A stretch of 64,000 nt of DNA from a virus. A program made the translations under genes and the position numbers. The notes under the pieces were generated by a model that worked only from the letters and a program-made list of their open reading frames with translations, made no database searches and was not told the DNA's origin. The stretch lies in IMG/VR virus record IMGVR_UViG_3300025784_000008; one strand, written 5' to 3'. Below, in pieces: positions 8,709-17,506 of the stretch; positions within the stretch are counted from its first letter, which is position 1, and each line of letters opens with the position of its first letter.

Positions 8709-9785
8709 ATGGGATTCAAAATTGACAGCATGGTGTGCATCCATCTCCCTCGGTGGAAACAGATCGCATTCTTCTGCGGTCAGTGTGCCGGTACCGGGTT
8801 CTCCGGTACAGGAACTTGTTTCAAGTGTAACGGCTCTGGTATTCGCACAGAGAGGTTGCAGTACCTGGTCTTTGGCGGCGTGGCCAAGATTACAGGCTTG
8901 TTCTCCATCCAGGGACAGACCACGTACACCATCGTCTATCCGTTCCTGCAGGGACTTCTCGACCACTCCAAGCAGGACACTCAGCAGATCATGGATGTAT
9001 CGTCCGCGTTCTGGGAGAAGAATAAGGACTCTCAACAGAAGAGCCCGCCTGGAACGGTCACGATGCAGATTCCGGAAAGTCAGGTGTTCCACACCTACAA
9101 CGAGGCCATCCAGAACCTCACCAAGTGCAACAAAGAGGTAATCGACGAAGGCATCCGCCGGCACGGTGGCGTTCCCGGTATCTTTGAGGAGAACCCGGAG
9201 AAGATCAAGCCGAACACGACATCCCGAACCGGCGGTACGCCGTACAGCGGTAAGCCGTATGGAGAGCCGCGGGTCAATGACTTGTTGTGGGCAGTCGAGT
9301 ACCACGGCAATGTCCAGAAGTTCTTCCGGTGTCCGCAGTGCAAAGGCGAGGCCAAGAAGGCCAACGTCAAGTGCTCCAGGTGCCACGACTCAGGGCACAT
9401 TGCGATGCACATCCCGCAGTACATCCTGAGGGGGCAGGTACGTGTTATCGGAACTATGTCCGGTGACTACCTCGACCTTGAGGCAGCTCCGATTCCCTAC
9501 GTGGATGACGACACCCACGCCCTGATCACCAAGAACTACTGGGTCAATCACGCCGAGGGCACGGACAACCGCATCCCCAAGAACACGATTGCCACCTGGG
9601 AACATCTGTTCTACACGGTGGACGGGGCCAAAGAGTGGCTCGCCAAGAAGAACGAGACCATGCTCAGGCAGTGGTGCGAGGATCACCACGACATCCTCCC
9701 TGTGGGGATGGACGGCGAGGTTCTTGAAGGGTTCAAGCCCAAGGTCGGCCCCAAGCCCGTACCCATCGAAGCCTGCCTCTGCTAG
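8709..9785 (+). CDS. zinc-finger protein, CxxCxGxG paralog 4 (two finger pairs)
   Basis: CGQCAGTG, CFKCNGSG, CPQCKGEA and CSRCHDSG motifs. Confidence 0.6.
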   Translation: MGFKIDSMVCIHLPRWKQIAFFCGQCAGTGFSGTGTCFKCNGSGIRTERLQYLVFGGVAKITGLFSIQGQTTYTIVYPFLQGLLDHSKQDTQQIMDVSSAFWEKNKDSQQKSPPGTVTMQIPESQVFHTYNEAIQNLTKCNKEVIDEGIRRHGGVPGIFEENPEKIKPNTTSRTGGTPYSGKPYGEPRVNDLLWAVEYHGNVQKFFRCPQCKGEAKKANVKCSRCHDSGHIAMHIPQYILRGQVRVIGTMSGDYLDLEAAPIPYVDDDTHALITKNYWVNHAEGTDNRIPKNTIATWEHLFYTVDGAKEWLAKKNETMLRQWCEDHHDILPVGMDGEVLEGFKPKVGPKPVPIEACLC

Positions 9786-9793
9786 GAGGGACA

Positions 9794-10099
9794 ATGTGTT
9801 ACTACCCGCCGAGGTTCCTGGAAGGGACCAGGGTTCGCGTTATCAGGCACGGCAGCGATCCAAAGTACGCCAGGGAAGGCGTCGTCGTACAGATGTTCGG
9901 CGGCGCCACCTGTGGCGTGTTTGACGTAATCTTTGACGGCGACGACTACCGCTCTACGTGTTCGGAGTGGGACCGTGTGGAGAGGATCTATGAAAACGAA
10001 GAGAGGAAAGCCCCTCCCGAAAAAGAAGTACCCGAAGAATCTGAAGTGGATCTACGAAGTTTGCTACAGGATGCGTGGAGACGTCGAGGCGGAGCATAA
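9794..10099 (+). CDS. hypothetical protein (the 3' part overlaps the next ORF in another frame)
   Basis: ATG after AGGAGGGACA. The N-terminal 70 aa look genuine. Confidence 0.4.
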   Translation: MCYYPPRFLEGTRVRVIRHGSDPKYAREGVVVQMFGGATCGVFDVIFDGDDYRSTCSEWDRVERIYENEERKAPPEKEVPEESEVDLRSLLQDAWRRRGGA

Positions 10100-10256
10100 G
10101 ATCACCGAGATCATGAACTGCCAGTCAATCGAAGAGGTCAAGACGGCGTTCTACTCGACTCCACGCTTCAAGGGCATGACGTTGGCCAGCTGCCGCCGGC
10201 TGCGGAGGATGGTCCCCGAAGATCTTGAGAAACTTGAGGCCCCGGCAAGGCTGTGA
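9990..10256 (+). CDS. hypothetical basic protein
   Basis: ATG at 9990 after GGAGAGGA. Lys-rich N-terminus. Confidence 0.4.
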   Translation: MKTKRGKPLPKKKYPKNLKWIYEVCYRMRGDVEAEHKITEIMNCQSIEEVKTAFYSTPRFKGMTLASCRRLRRMVPEDLEKLEAPARL

Positions 10257-10278
10257 TGGCTGCAGAGTCTGCGGCCAC
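10257..10278. repeat. dyad element, copy 2: TGGCTGCAGAGTCTGCGGCCAC
   Basis: Lies immediately after the stop codon of gene 9990-10256. Confidence 0.7.
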
Positions 10279-10312
10279 GAGAGAAGGGTGGTCGCTCAAC
10301 CCTTCTCTTTTA
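10279..10312 (+). terminator. rho-independent terminator at the convergent block boundary
   Basis: GAGAGAAGGGT...ACCCTTCTC stem followed by TTTT. Confidence 0.55.
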
Positions 10313-10549
10313 GTACGTGAATTCACCCCGCTGCCGAGAACCCACCCAGGCGTCCCGAGCGTTACTCGCGTCCAAGGTCAGGTGGTACTCGTAACCGTCG
10401 TAATAGAACAGATCATGGTTCCGAAGAGCATAGACTCCAGTTTGAAGGTCCAGGAACGTGTCCACCTTCGGAAACGAATGCCCGAGCGCCTGCTCTCTGA
10501 GTATGTTCTGTACATAGTCTTCGAGCTGTTTTGACCAGTAGCATTTCAT
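10310..10549 (-). CDS. hypothetical protein
   Basis: 79-aa ORF. Confidence 0.45.
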   Translation of the reverse strand: MKCYWSKQLEDYVQNILREQALGHSFPKVDTFLDLQTGVYALRNHDLFYYDGYEYHLTLDASNARDAWVGSRQRGEFTY

Positions 10550-10851
10550 GTTCCCACCTTCTGGTTGGTCGGCTTATCGTTCTCATCCAGCCAGACGAAC
10601 TCCCCGTTTTCTCCTACAGGGAAATAATTTCCACAGGAAGCGCAGAACGTCGACCCGTAAAATTCAGGATTCAGTGCATAGGTCTCGGCAATCCTGACCC
10701 CCATTTTGGTGGTGCCACCGCACTTGAGATGTTGATACGCCGTCCGGATCGGACGCACGAACTTCTTACCAGAAGGATCGACGGTAGGGTGGCTCTCGTA
10801 CTGACCGTCGGGTCCCTTCTTACCGTAATCGAAAGGTTTGTCGTCAGACAT
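10546..10851 (-). CDS. small Cys-containing hypothetical protein
   Basis: Internal ATG at 10851 preceded by GGAG. Contains a CGG..C-x2-C pattern. Confidence 0.45.
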   Translation of the reverse strand: MSDDKPFDYGKKGPDGQYESHPTVDPSGKKFVRPIRTAYQHLKCGGTTKMGVRIAETYALNPEFYGSTFCASCGNYFPVGENGEFVWLDENDKPTNQKVGT

Positions 10852-11140
10852 TGGTACTACTCCTGTCCTGAAGCCACTGCTCTGTTTTGAGCTGAATAAG
10901 ACGAAGCGCCCACATCGGATCCTTCCAGATGTCTTTGTACAACCACTGCCGCATCTTGGGAAAGTAGCGCTTGAGATCGTCACGAGCACCGTCGTATTGA
11001 GCCGCATACACCTTTGCATGATGAACGACGGTTTTCTGGTGAACCAAGGGTAGCCGTTCGAATCTCTTCTGTATGCGGTCCAGCCCCGAGGAGAACAGAT
11101 CCAACGGAAATACCGACCTGAATTCTTCCCAGGGAGTCAT
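10844..11140 (-). CDS. hypothetical protein
   Basis: 98-aa ORF. Confidence 0.5.
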   Translation of the reverse strand: MTPWEEFRSVFPLDLFSSGLDRIQKRFERLPLVHQKTVVHHAKVYAAQYDGARDDLKRYFPKMRQWLYKDIWKDPMWALRLIQLKTEQWLQDRSSTNV

Positions 11141-11670
11141 GCTGTGTTTCCTTTTCTGATGTCGGTTTTAGGGGCTCTACCAGGAATGAGCTTGAGGATA
11201 GGATCCCCGGTCTCGTCAAGGGGGACAGACCTGTTCTGCTTGCGCTGGCGTCCAAGCTTGATACCGGTCAGGTAGCGTTCGCTGAGCTCCGATCCCTTCA
11301 TAAGGTGCTTGAGCTCGTCCATGGACTCAGGCTCAAACAGCAGGAAAAGGTTGGCCTTCTGGCCGGTGGACGCCCCGGTACGATTCACACGCCGAATCAG
11401 CCCCAGCTTCTCAAGTTCGGCAGACCATTCCCTCACCGTGCTCATACTTCGTCCGCACAGCTTTGCCAAGGTTCTCACAGAGGGGTGGCGATGCTCGCCT
11501 TTGAACCCGCCGTAGCTGGCGATCACCGTGTACAGGAACTTCCACTCCAAAGGTATAGGCAGGATGATCAGCCACTTCGGCATCGTCGAGTAGGGCGTGG
11601 AGGGAAGATCTACTGATTGCATAAGAAAAGCTCCCGGAGCAGGCGTCGTTCTTTGGCGAAGAAGACACAT
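11137..11670 (-). CDS. winged-helix/HTH DNA-binding protein (candidate replication or regulatory protein)
   Basis: PSVRTLAKLCGRSMSTVREWSAELEKLGLIRRV helix-turn-helix. It borders the 630-bp repeat-rich non-coding region. Confidence 0.45.
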   Translation of the reverse strand: MCLLRQRTTPAPGAFLMQSVDLPSTPYSTMPKWLIILPIPLEWKFLYTVIASYGGFKGEHRHPSVRTLAKLCGRSMSTVREWSAELEKLGLIRRVNRTGASTGQKANLFLLFEPESMDELKHLMKGSELSERYLTGIKLGRQRKQNRSVPLDETGDPILKLIPGRAPKTDIRKGNTA

Positions 11671-11784
11671 ACACGGGAGCTTTAGCCGTTTGGGCCATAC
11701 TCATAGTACGTGTCTTCTTCGCCGAGAACAACCCTACTCCGGCGAGAATTTTATGTCAAGAACGTATGGAGAAAAGCGTGCATC

Positions 11785-11926
11785 CCCCACCGGTGTATCG
11801 GCGGGGGACCCCCACCGGTGTACGCTACCCCTATAAGTAATACTAACTGCTAACCATCCCCCTACAGGGGATGGAAGTAACTGTACCAGTTACTTCCATC
11901 CCGCTCCCCCAGCGGCTGCGCCGCTG
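11785..11926. promoter_or_regulatory. cluster of direct repeats and perfect hairpins in a 630-bp non-coding region (candidate origin or regulatory region)
   Basis: CCCCCACCGGTGTA appears twice, and each copy contains the CACCGGTG palindrome. CCATCCCC-CTACA-GGGGATGG forms a hairpin. GGATGGAAGTAACTG-TAC-CAGTTACTTCCATCC is a 15-bp perfect stem. CAGCGG-CTGCG-CCGCTG forms a further hairpin. Confidence 0.4.
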
Positions 11927-12302
11927 TGGTCGTCGGACGAGCTAAAAAGAAAAGGGTACTTTTACTTGATCGCCTTAGCGGCGTAGGGTATACCACACCC
12001 GACGTACAGACCTCTGCCGATCTGTGCTTCATGTACTACCTTCCTTGTTTGAGTAAGACGGTCGAACTAACCTTCGGCCGTTTTGCTTTCAATGGGCCTA
12101 CAACCCATCTGGCGTTCGATATGAGCAGCCTGAATGGCCGAAAGGTCTTCGGATACCCTAAGGTACCCGCCGAACGATCCTGGAGGCGTTTTATCGTAAA
12201 AAACAGGGGGTGGTTATGCTGGACCAAGGCCCACCCCCTGATTAGACGGTTTACCTGCGCCGCTCATTCGAGCCCACAGTCTCGGGCAGTCACGCAGGGC
12301 CG

Positions 12303-12725
12303 TCAGTCCCTGTCACTTGAAGACATCTGGTCGATTACGGTTTCGGCGCCCTCCGGAATGTTGTCGTTCGGCACCTCGACGTACTGGCCGTCTCGTACCT
12401 CGTACGTACTGTCGCCCTCCGCCTTATCCGGGTTTACTAACCTGATTGCCGGGCCGAGCCAGCCAAAGATGCACTCCCCGTCGTCGGCCCTGAACCACAT
12501 GACATCTCCGATGTCATCACCGCTTCTCCTGATTTTCTGGAGAAGAGTCACGGCTTCTTTTGAGATGCCGAGATGATTCTTGGTGTCTCGTACCAGGCAG
12601 CCGATCTTCGACCCACCGTTGGGGATGAAGAACTTCGTCCCACTCCAGTACTCTTCTGGCGTGTCGATCACCAGTATCCCCTTGTACGAAAGCACTCTGA
12701 TAAGCGGTTTGGTATCTTCCGTCAT
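12303..12725 (-). CDS. hypothetical protein
   Basis: 140-aa ORF. GGAGATTTAC precedes the ATG. Confidence 0.55.
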   Translation of the reverse strand: MTEDTKPLIRVLSYKGILVIDTPEEYWSGTKFFIPNGGSKIGCLVRDTKNHLGISKEAVTLLQKIRRSGDDIGDVMWFRADDGECIFGWLGPAIRLVNPDKAEGDSTYEVRDGQYVEVPNDNIPEGAETVIDQMSSSDRD

Positions 12726-12746
12726 GTAAATCTCCTTTCTTTCCTA

Positions 12747-12764
12747 CACCTTCTTAGGCCGTAT
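12747..12764 (-). promoter_or_regulatory. conserved ACGGCCTAAGAAGGTG motif upstream of gene 12303-12725
   Basis: The reverse complement reads ATACGGCCTAAGAAGGTG, 22 nt before AAGGAGA and the ATG. Confidence 0.4.
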
Positions 12765-12785
12765 GTGGCTGCAGACTCTGCAGCC
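12764..12785. repeat. dyad element, copy 3: TGGCTGCAGACTCTGCAGCCAC (perfect 10-N-10 palindrome)
   Basis: Sits between the terminator and the promoter motif. Confidence 0.7.
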
Positions 12786-12796
12786 ACGGCGGGACT

Positions 12797-12832
12797 AAAA
12801 AGAAAGCCCCCCGGTTAGAGGGGGCTGTTCTT
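12797..12832 (-). terminator. rho-independent terminator
   Basis: GCCCCC...GGGGGC stem flanked by A/T runs. Confidence 0.6.
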
Positions 12833-12833
12833 C

Positions 12834-13736
12834 TTATTCTTCCAGTGCCATGGGGTCCGGGATGTGTCCAGCCAAACCTTGTTTGTGGAGGGCACTGAGG
12901 TCGTCGTAGGCGGGGTTGATTTTAACGTCCATCTCGTTCCACTGGAAATCGAGCGAACCCCGAAGATGCCTTCGAACGATCACGTCGCATTCACCGGTGG
13001 AGGGATTCTTACGTTTATGCTGGCGAACCCAGTGCACAAGCCTTTTGATTCTATCGCCCTTCTTGACCTTATCTCTGATTTCCCAGAGCTCCATTAGAGA
13101 TTCAGCTGAGACGAACCACCGAACACCAGGAGCTTCACCTAGCTTGATATCAACCGTCCACCACATGTTTTCCGTCCACTGAAGGCCCAGCGCGATACCT
13201 AACTGGCGGGCGTACGCTTTTTCCATGTTTTCGAGATGTCCTGGGACGTAGTCTCCTCCGTGCTTTTCAACCCACTTCCATCCACCTTTGGCTATGCTTC
13301 CTTGTGTGTTTCCACAGCCCCAGATGGTATCACTTCCTTCCCAGGTCCCGTCGACGATGTTCAGCCTGACGTCAGTAACCTTCGCCATGAACGGAAGTAT
13401 CTTTACCCCGCGAGCTTGGGCGGGAGAAATGCTCTTGACCCTGATGATTCCATACATGTCAGAACGACGTCCCTCATCGAAGTTGTCAATCACCATGCCG
13501 ACGTTGATTTTCCCGTTCAGATCTTTAGGTGTGACGTCGGTGAAAATACCAACGTTTTCGGAGTCTGAGGTAAGCCCTGCCACCATCGGGTGAGAGGCTC
13601 CGATCTTTTTCCAGTTGAGCCGCTTGTTGGCTGGGGTGTATTGTTTATTTACCTCTTTCCCTCCAATGGCGAGCAGGTAGACGAGTTTTTCCAGGTCCTC
13701 GTCGTTAGGCATGTTTGTCATTTCAAATCCTTTCAT
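12834..13736 (-). CDS. hypothetical protein (300 aa)
   Basis: Long ORF. No motif recognised. Confidence 0.55.
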   Translation of the reverse strand: MKGFEMTNMPNDEDLEKLVYLLAIGGKEVNKQYTPANKRLNWKKIGASHPMVAGLTSDSENVGIFTDVTPKDLNGKINVGMVIDNFDEGRRSDMYGIIRVKSISPAQARGVKILPFMAKVTDVRLNIVDGTWEGSDTIWGCGNTQGSIAKGGWKWVEKHGGDYVPGHLENMEKAYARQLGIALGLQWTENMWWTVDIKLGEAPGVRWFVSAESLMELWEIRDKVKKGDRIKRLVHWVRQHKRKNPSTGECDVIVRRHLRGSLDFQWNEMDVKINPAYDDLSALHKQGLAGHIPDPMALEE

Positions 13737-13754
13737 TGAAAAGAGAAGGCCCTC

Positions 13755-14024
13755 TTAGGAGGGCCTTCTTGACTTGCGGTTGATTGATGGTCTGGGTGCC
13801 GAACGGCTGTGGATGAACGGGTCTGCCATCGCGGCGAAGTAGGTGATGAACGGCAGCGTCGAGGCTCGCCGCGGCTTCTTGGCGTACTCGCGAGCCCGTT
13901 CTTCCTTGTACGCCTGCTCCTCTGCGTACTCGATCTGGGTCAGGCCGCCGCGGGGACCGCAGCACCTCTTGTACTTCTTACCGCTGTCACAGGTGCACGG
14001 TCCATTAGGTCCTGAATACTTCAT
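13755..14024 (-). CDS. SEC-C motif-containing small protein
   Basis: CTCDSGKKYKRCCG matches the SEC-C metal-binding motif C-x-C-x-SGKKYK-x-CCG. ATG at 14024 after AAAGGAG. Confidence 0.55.
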   Translation of the reverse strand: MKYSGPNGPCTCDSGKKYKRCCGPRGGLTQIEYAEEQAYKEERAREYAKKPRRASTLPFITYFAAMADPFIHSRSAPRPSINRKSRRPS

Positions 14025-14191
14025 GCCGGCTCCTTTACAGAAAGATGAGAGGGGTGTGCGCGGGGCGGATACATTGACGGCTCTCATTCATTTGAGCCAC
14101 CTCCGAGAAAGCCCCTTCGTCCGTGTGTTCCGCCGCGCTACTACGATAGGCGCCTATCTTATGTTCACGCTGCCGAGCACACCCCTTACTG

Positions 14192-14692
14192 CTACTCGTC
14201 GAGAGCTTCCAGGTACTCTCGACCAGCCTGGACTACCAAGAAGTTGTCGGTGGGGGTCTGGTAGATCAGCTGACCCCCGTGCAGGAGACTGTGGAACCGG
14301 AACGGCTCATCCAATCCGAACCGTTCCAGATCCTGGTCGCCGTACACCCCACAGATGATCGCCTTATCCAGCATCCTCTTGGCCGCCTGCTTCTCCAGGA
14401 GAACGTACCAGGACTGGAAATCGATGATGCGCTCGGGGGTGTCGTCGCGGTAGATGTACTCCCGCGTTTCCGTCTTCACCGCCATGAAACGGCGGAAAGA
14501 CGGATCCCTGCCGTAGACCAGCGGCGAATCGTTCCAGATGACTCCCTGGACGTGCCCGCTCTTGGTCAACTCAAGCTGGCCCTCACGAGCCCCGGTAAGG
14601 ATCATGTTCTTCCACAAGAGATTGAACGGCTCGTTGTAGTAGTCTTGCCCCCAAAGCGGGGCGATCTTGCGAATGACTCGGGACACGGTCAT
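14192..14692 (-). CDS. hypothetical protein
   Basis: 166-aa ORF. Confidence 0.55.
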   Translation of the reverse strand: MTVSRVIRKIAPLWGQDYYNEPFNLLWKNMILTGAREGQLELTKSGHVQGVIWNDSPLVYGRDPSFRRFMAVKTETREYIYRDDTPERIIDFQSWYVLLEKQAAKRMLDKAIICGVYGDQDLERFGLDEPFRFHSLLHGGQLIYQTPTDNFLVVQAGREYLEALDE

Positions 14693-14724
14693 GTGTTCCT
14701 TTCTCCCAGAGGTCTGTGCTCAGA

Positions 14725-15453
14725 CTACGCCGGTTCCACGGCTCCGTCACCAGCGTCCCGGAACTTCCCGGAGCGCTGCAGTACTTCCACCAGCCAGCGA
14801 TGACTGCGGTCTTCGCCCCACTCGTCCTCCAGGACCCGCAGGAGCTGGATCTCGCTGTTGGTGAACACTTTGCTCATCCAGAAGCCGAGGGACATCATCG
14901 AGTTAGGCTCGATGTCCTCATGGGCCTTGCTCAATCTCTCCAGCAAGGCCTTCTCGAAGACCGGGGCGACGTCTTCGGACTTGGCTTGGCGGTATACCGC
15001 ACCGTCGATTACGATCTGCTCCTCCCCGTTCCGAAGGCGCGGCACAACGTTGTTCTTCAGGACCTCGGTCAGGTTCAGTGATTCGTCGACGGTAAGCTTG
15101 GAATCACTGAAGACACGGGCCTGGTTGCAGCAAAGCATCTTCTCGCCGTCCTTCTCCGCCACCAGGATGACAGGGTTCAGCACCCAGTCGAGCTTTTTGC
15201 GGAACTCCTCCGATGACTTGTTGATGAGGGCCACGAGGTAACCATTGTCGATGATGAGCGGCTTTGTCTGTTCGTCGTCTGAGACGGCGCGGATAATCAG
15301 GCCGCCCACCAGGGTGACCGGCCAGATGAGGCCCAGGAACAGGCCGAGGAAGCTGCGGCCAAGAAAGTTGAACTCGTCATTGACGACGAAGCAGGTGATC
15401 CCGAAGATCGCCGCGACCGCCAGATACAGCAGCGCCAGTATCACGGTAAGCAT
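14725..15453 (-). CDS. membrane protein
   Basis: Two or three N-terminal hydrophobic helices. Confidence 0.55.
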   Translation of the reverse strand: MLTVILALLYLAVAAIFGITCFVVNDEFNFLGRSFLGLFLGLIWPVTLVGGLIIRAVSDDEQTKPLIIDNGYLVALINKSSEEFRKKLDWVLNPVILVAEKDGEKMLCCNQARVFSDSKLTVDESLNLTEVLKNNVVPRLRNGEEQIVIDGAVYRQAKSEDVAPVFEKALLERLSKAHEDIEPNSMMSLGFWMSKVFTNSEIQLLRVLEDEWGEDRSHRWLVEVLQRSGKFRDAGDGAVEPA

Positions 15454-15498
15454 GTCGTTTCTCCTTCTGGTTTCTTTCGGTTTGGAATGAGGGTTTGA

Positions 15499-15792
15499 CT
15501 AACCGTTGGCGTCAGGCAACTCGGGAGCCTTCATGTTCTCTGAGATCGAGTTGATGGTGGTCGAAACCAGGAGGGCAATGAAGCTGATGGGCCAGGTGAC
15601 GGTGCCGATGAGACCGACGACGATGCCGGCAACCCACCCCAGCCGGTTGTCCTGGAAGGTGTTGTAGGCCCTGCGGAAGGCCGGCACGCCGAAGCGGGCA
15701 CCGATCAGGATGTAGATGCCGCATCCGATGACGAACAGGATTGTGGTAAGCATGTCATTTCTCCTTTTCTGAGGAACCAAGTTTCCTCTCAC
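15499..15792 (-). CDS. small membrane protein (two transmembrane helices)
   Basis: 97-aa hydrophobic ORF. AAAGGAGAAATGAC precedes the ATG. Confidence 0.5.
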   Translation of the reverse strand: MRGNLVPQKRRNDMLTTILFVIGCGIYILIGARFGVPAFRRAYNTFQDNRLGWVAGIVVGLIGTVTWPISFIALLVSTTINSISENMKAPELPDANG

Positions 15793-15802
15793 TTTCTTAG
15801 GC

Positions 15803-15838
15803 CGTAAAAAAGAAGCCCCCTATGCGGGGGCCCCTTTC
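15803..15838 (-). terminator. rho-independent terminator
   Basis: GCCCCCGCATAGGGGGC stem with a T-run, read on the minus strand. Confidence 0.6.
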
Positions 15839-16320
15839 TGTGGCTGCAGAGTCTGCGGCCATCGTTCCGGTCTTATGGTAAGGCCCACGTTATTCAGCCA
15901 GGTTTTGACCGTGATGTTGGACCCATCATGGTCGACGACCGCGAGGCCGGGGCTCACGATGCCCAGCTCCACGGTGCGGAGAACCGCCTCCTGCAGGGAC
16001 TTGCTCGGAGGTGAATAACACCAACCGGAGTCGTATCCACTTAGACCATTGGCCCACCGGTAATAGACCTGAGACCTCCCCTCGCTGTCACAATACCAGA
16101 GGTCGCGACCCCCCTGCATGTACTCGCGGCATTGGTAGTGACCGAGAAACTTACAGCAGACGCACCCTTTGAAGTGTTCAAACCGAGGTTTTCCCAGGAT
16201 CACCTTTGGAGTAACCCCCATTACTTCTGCAAAGAGTTCAATCTCCCGGAGGCGTGCCTCGTAAAGACCGCCGGGAGTCATTAGCTTCAGCAGTTCTTCT
16301 CTGTCCATTCTTTCCCCCAT
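15820..16320 (-). CDS. Cys-rich hypothetical protein
   Basis: CVCCKFLGHYQC and related Cys-rich stretches. Confidence 0.5.
   Translation of the reverse strand: MGERMDREELLKLMTPGGLYEARLREIELFAEVMGVTPKVILGKPRFEHFKGCVCCKFLGHYQCREYMQGGRDLWYCDSEGRSQVYYRWANGLSGYDSGWCYSPPSKSLQEAVLRTVELGIVSPGLAVVDHDGSNITVKTWLNNVGLTIRPERWPQTLQPQKGAPA
15841..15862. repeat. dyad element, copy 4: TGGCTGCAGAGTCTGCGGCCAT
   Basis: Overlaps the last codons of gene 15820-16320. Confidence 0.7.
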
Positions 16321-16350
16321 AAAAGAAGTAGCCCCCGAAGGGGCTACTTG
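16321..16350 (-). terminator. rho-independent terminator
   Basis: GTAGCCCC-CGAA-GGGGCTAC stem with a T-run on the minus strand. Confidence 0.55.
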
Positions 16351-16805
16351 TTCAGGAGCTCGGGCTCCTGATCCACGCCGTGTCTTAACATCAGCTCTTC
16401 GGTCCTTCGGATGCCTTCTTTCAGGATTGCCCGGCCGGGATCATCCTCTTCGAGCTCGGCCAGGTTCTTTTCCAGCTGTTGTTTCTGTTTGTTCAAGAAG
16501 ATCATCAGGAACTCCTCCGCGTCGGCGTAGTCCCTGTCGGCCTTCCGCATTTCCTCTTCCCGCTTCTGCTCCTTTCTGCGAGATTCTTCTTCGGCGGCCT
16601 TGATCCTGTCGTTCTCTCGCCGGCGCTCCTCCTGGAGTTCGGGGCTGAGGTAGTAGATCAGCAACCCGATCGGCCACAGGAAAGCCGATAGGAAGATCAC
16701 CAAGGCGCGGTGCTCCATGTCCTCCGCCAGAGCAGTTTCACACTGCCAGGAAGTGTAGACAGCCACGATCATGTAGACCGCGACAACTGCAAGTATCCAC
16801 TCCAC
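16344..16805 (-). CDS. membrane-anchored coiled-coil protein
   Basis: Two hydrophobic segments followed by an EEERRRENDRIKAAEEESRRKEQKREEE coiled-coil region. Confidence 0.5.
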   Translation of the reverse strand: MEWILAVVAVYMIVAVYTSWQCETALAEDMEHRALVIFLSAFLWPIGLLIYYLSPELQEERRRENDRIKAAEEESRRKEQKREEEMRKADRDYADAEEFLMIFLNKQKQQLEKNLAELEEDDPGRAILKEGIRRTEELMLRHGVDQEPELLNK

Positions 16806-16829
16806 AAAGTTCTCCTTTCGTAACAGTGG

Positions 16830-17054
16830 TTAGTAAGTGTGGCCGGGATACTTTACCCATGCCCCATCCTTCTTCGTCCTCAGGAGGGTTCGCTTTATGC
16901 CGAACTTTCGTTTCTGCGTGAGGTACCACGATGCGGCCTGAAGCTCGTTGTCGAAGTACAGGGTGCCGGTAGGATCCTCCACTTTGTGGGTCGAAGATGA
17001 TGACTCCTGTTTGGTGATCATTCGAAAACCTCCTTTCACCTTCTTAGGCCGCAT
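16830..17054 (-). CDS. hypothetical protein
   Basis: 74-aa ORF. Confidence 0.4.
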   Translation of the reverse strand: MRPKKVKGGFRMITKQESSSSTHKVEDPTGTLYFDNELQAASWYLTQKRKFGIKRTLLRTKKDGAWVKYPGHTY

Positions 17055-17092
17055 CTGGCCACTAAAAAGAGAGCCCCGAAGGGCTCTCTGTT

Positions 17093-17482
17093 CTAGAAGA
17101 CCAGCTCGACCATGACCGACCCCATGTCGACCATGGCTTCCTTGGCGTCATCCGGGAAGCCTTCAAGCCTGTTGTAGGCGTAGGCCAGGGATTCCCGCCA
17201 GAGTTCGGCGCTGACGCCGGCGTCGACCTGGTCGACCAGGAAATCGGAGCGGACCGATCCGATGTGCTGGTCGATCGCCTCGGAGCTGTCGAAGCCGTGC
17301 TCGACGAAGTATTCGCAGGCGCGAATGAATCCGGGGCGCTCCATGATCTTGATGACCTTGTCGTGGACGTCCTCACGGCCCACGGTTTTGAAGACCTCTA
17401 CGTTCCTGCGGAACTGATCGATGACCCGTTTGACCTTGGAATCCATGACCTTCTCCTTTGAAAGAAGTAATTTCCCTCTCAC
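17093..17482 (-). CDS. hypothetical protein
   Basis: 129-aa ORF. Confidence 0.5.
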   Translation of the reverse strand: MRGKLLLSKEKVMDSKVKRVIDQFRRNVEVFKTVGREDVHDKVIKIMERPGFIRACEYFVEHGFDSSEAIDQHIGSVRSDFLVDQVDAGVSAELWRESLAYAYNRLEGFPDDAKEAMVDMGSVMVELVF

Positions 17483-17506
17483 CTTCTTAGGCCATGGAAC
17501 TTATGG

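Noticed and set aside
8722-9429. Arg/Ser-rich alternative-frame ORFs (8722-9141 and 9166-9429)
   Set aside because: They lie in off-frames of zinc-finger paralog 4. Their composition is typical of off-frame translation.
12240-12300. tRNA-like T-arm (ATTCGAGCC)
   Set aside because: No complementary T-stem, no acceptor stem and no CCA context. Not a tRNA.
11926-12576. 216-aa plus-strand ORF
   Set aside because: It overlaps minus-strand gene 12303-12725. It is Ser/Pro-rich with poor composition and lies in a region otherwise transcribed leftward.
14279-14803. 174-aa plus-strand ORF
   Set aside because: It is antisense to minus-strand gene 14192-14692.
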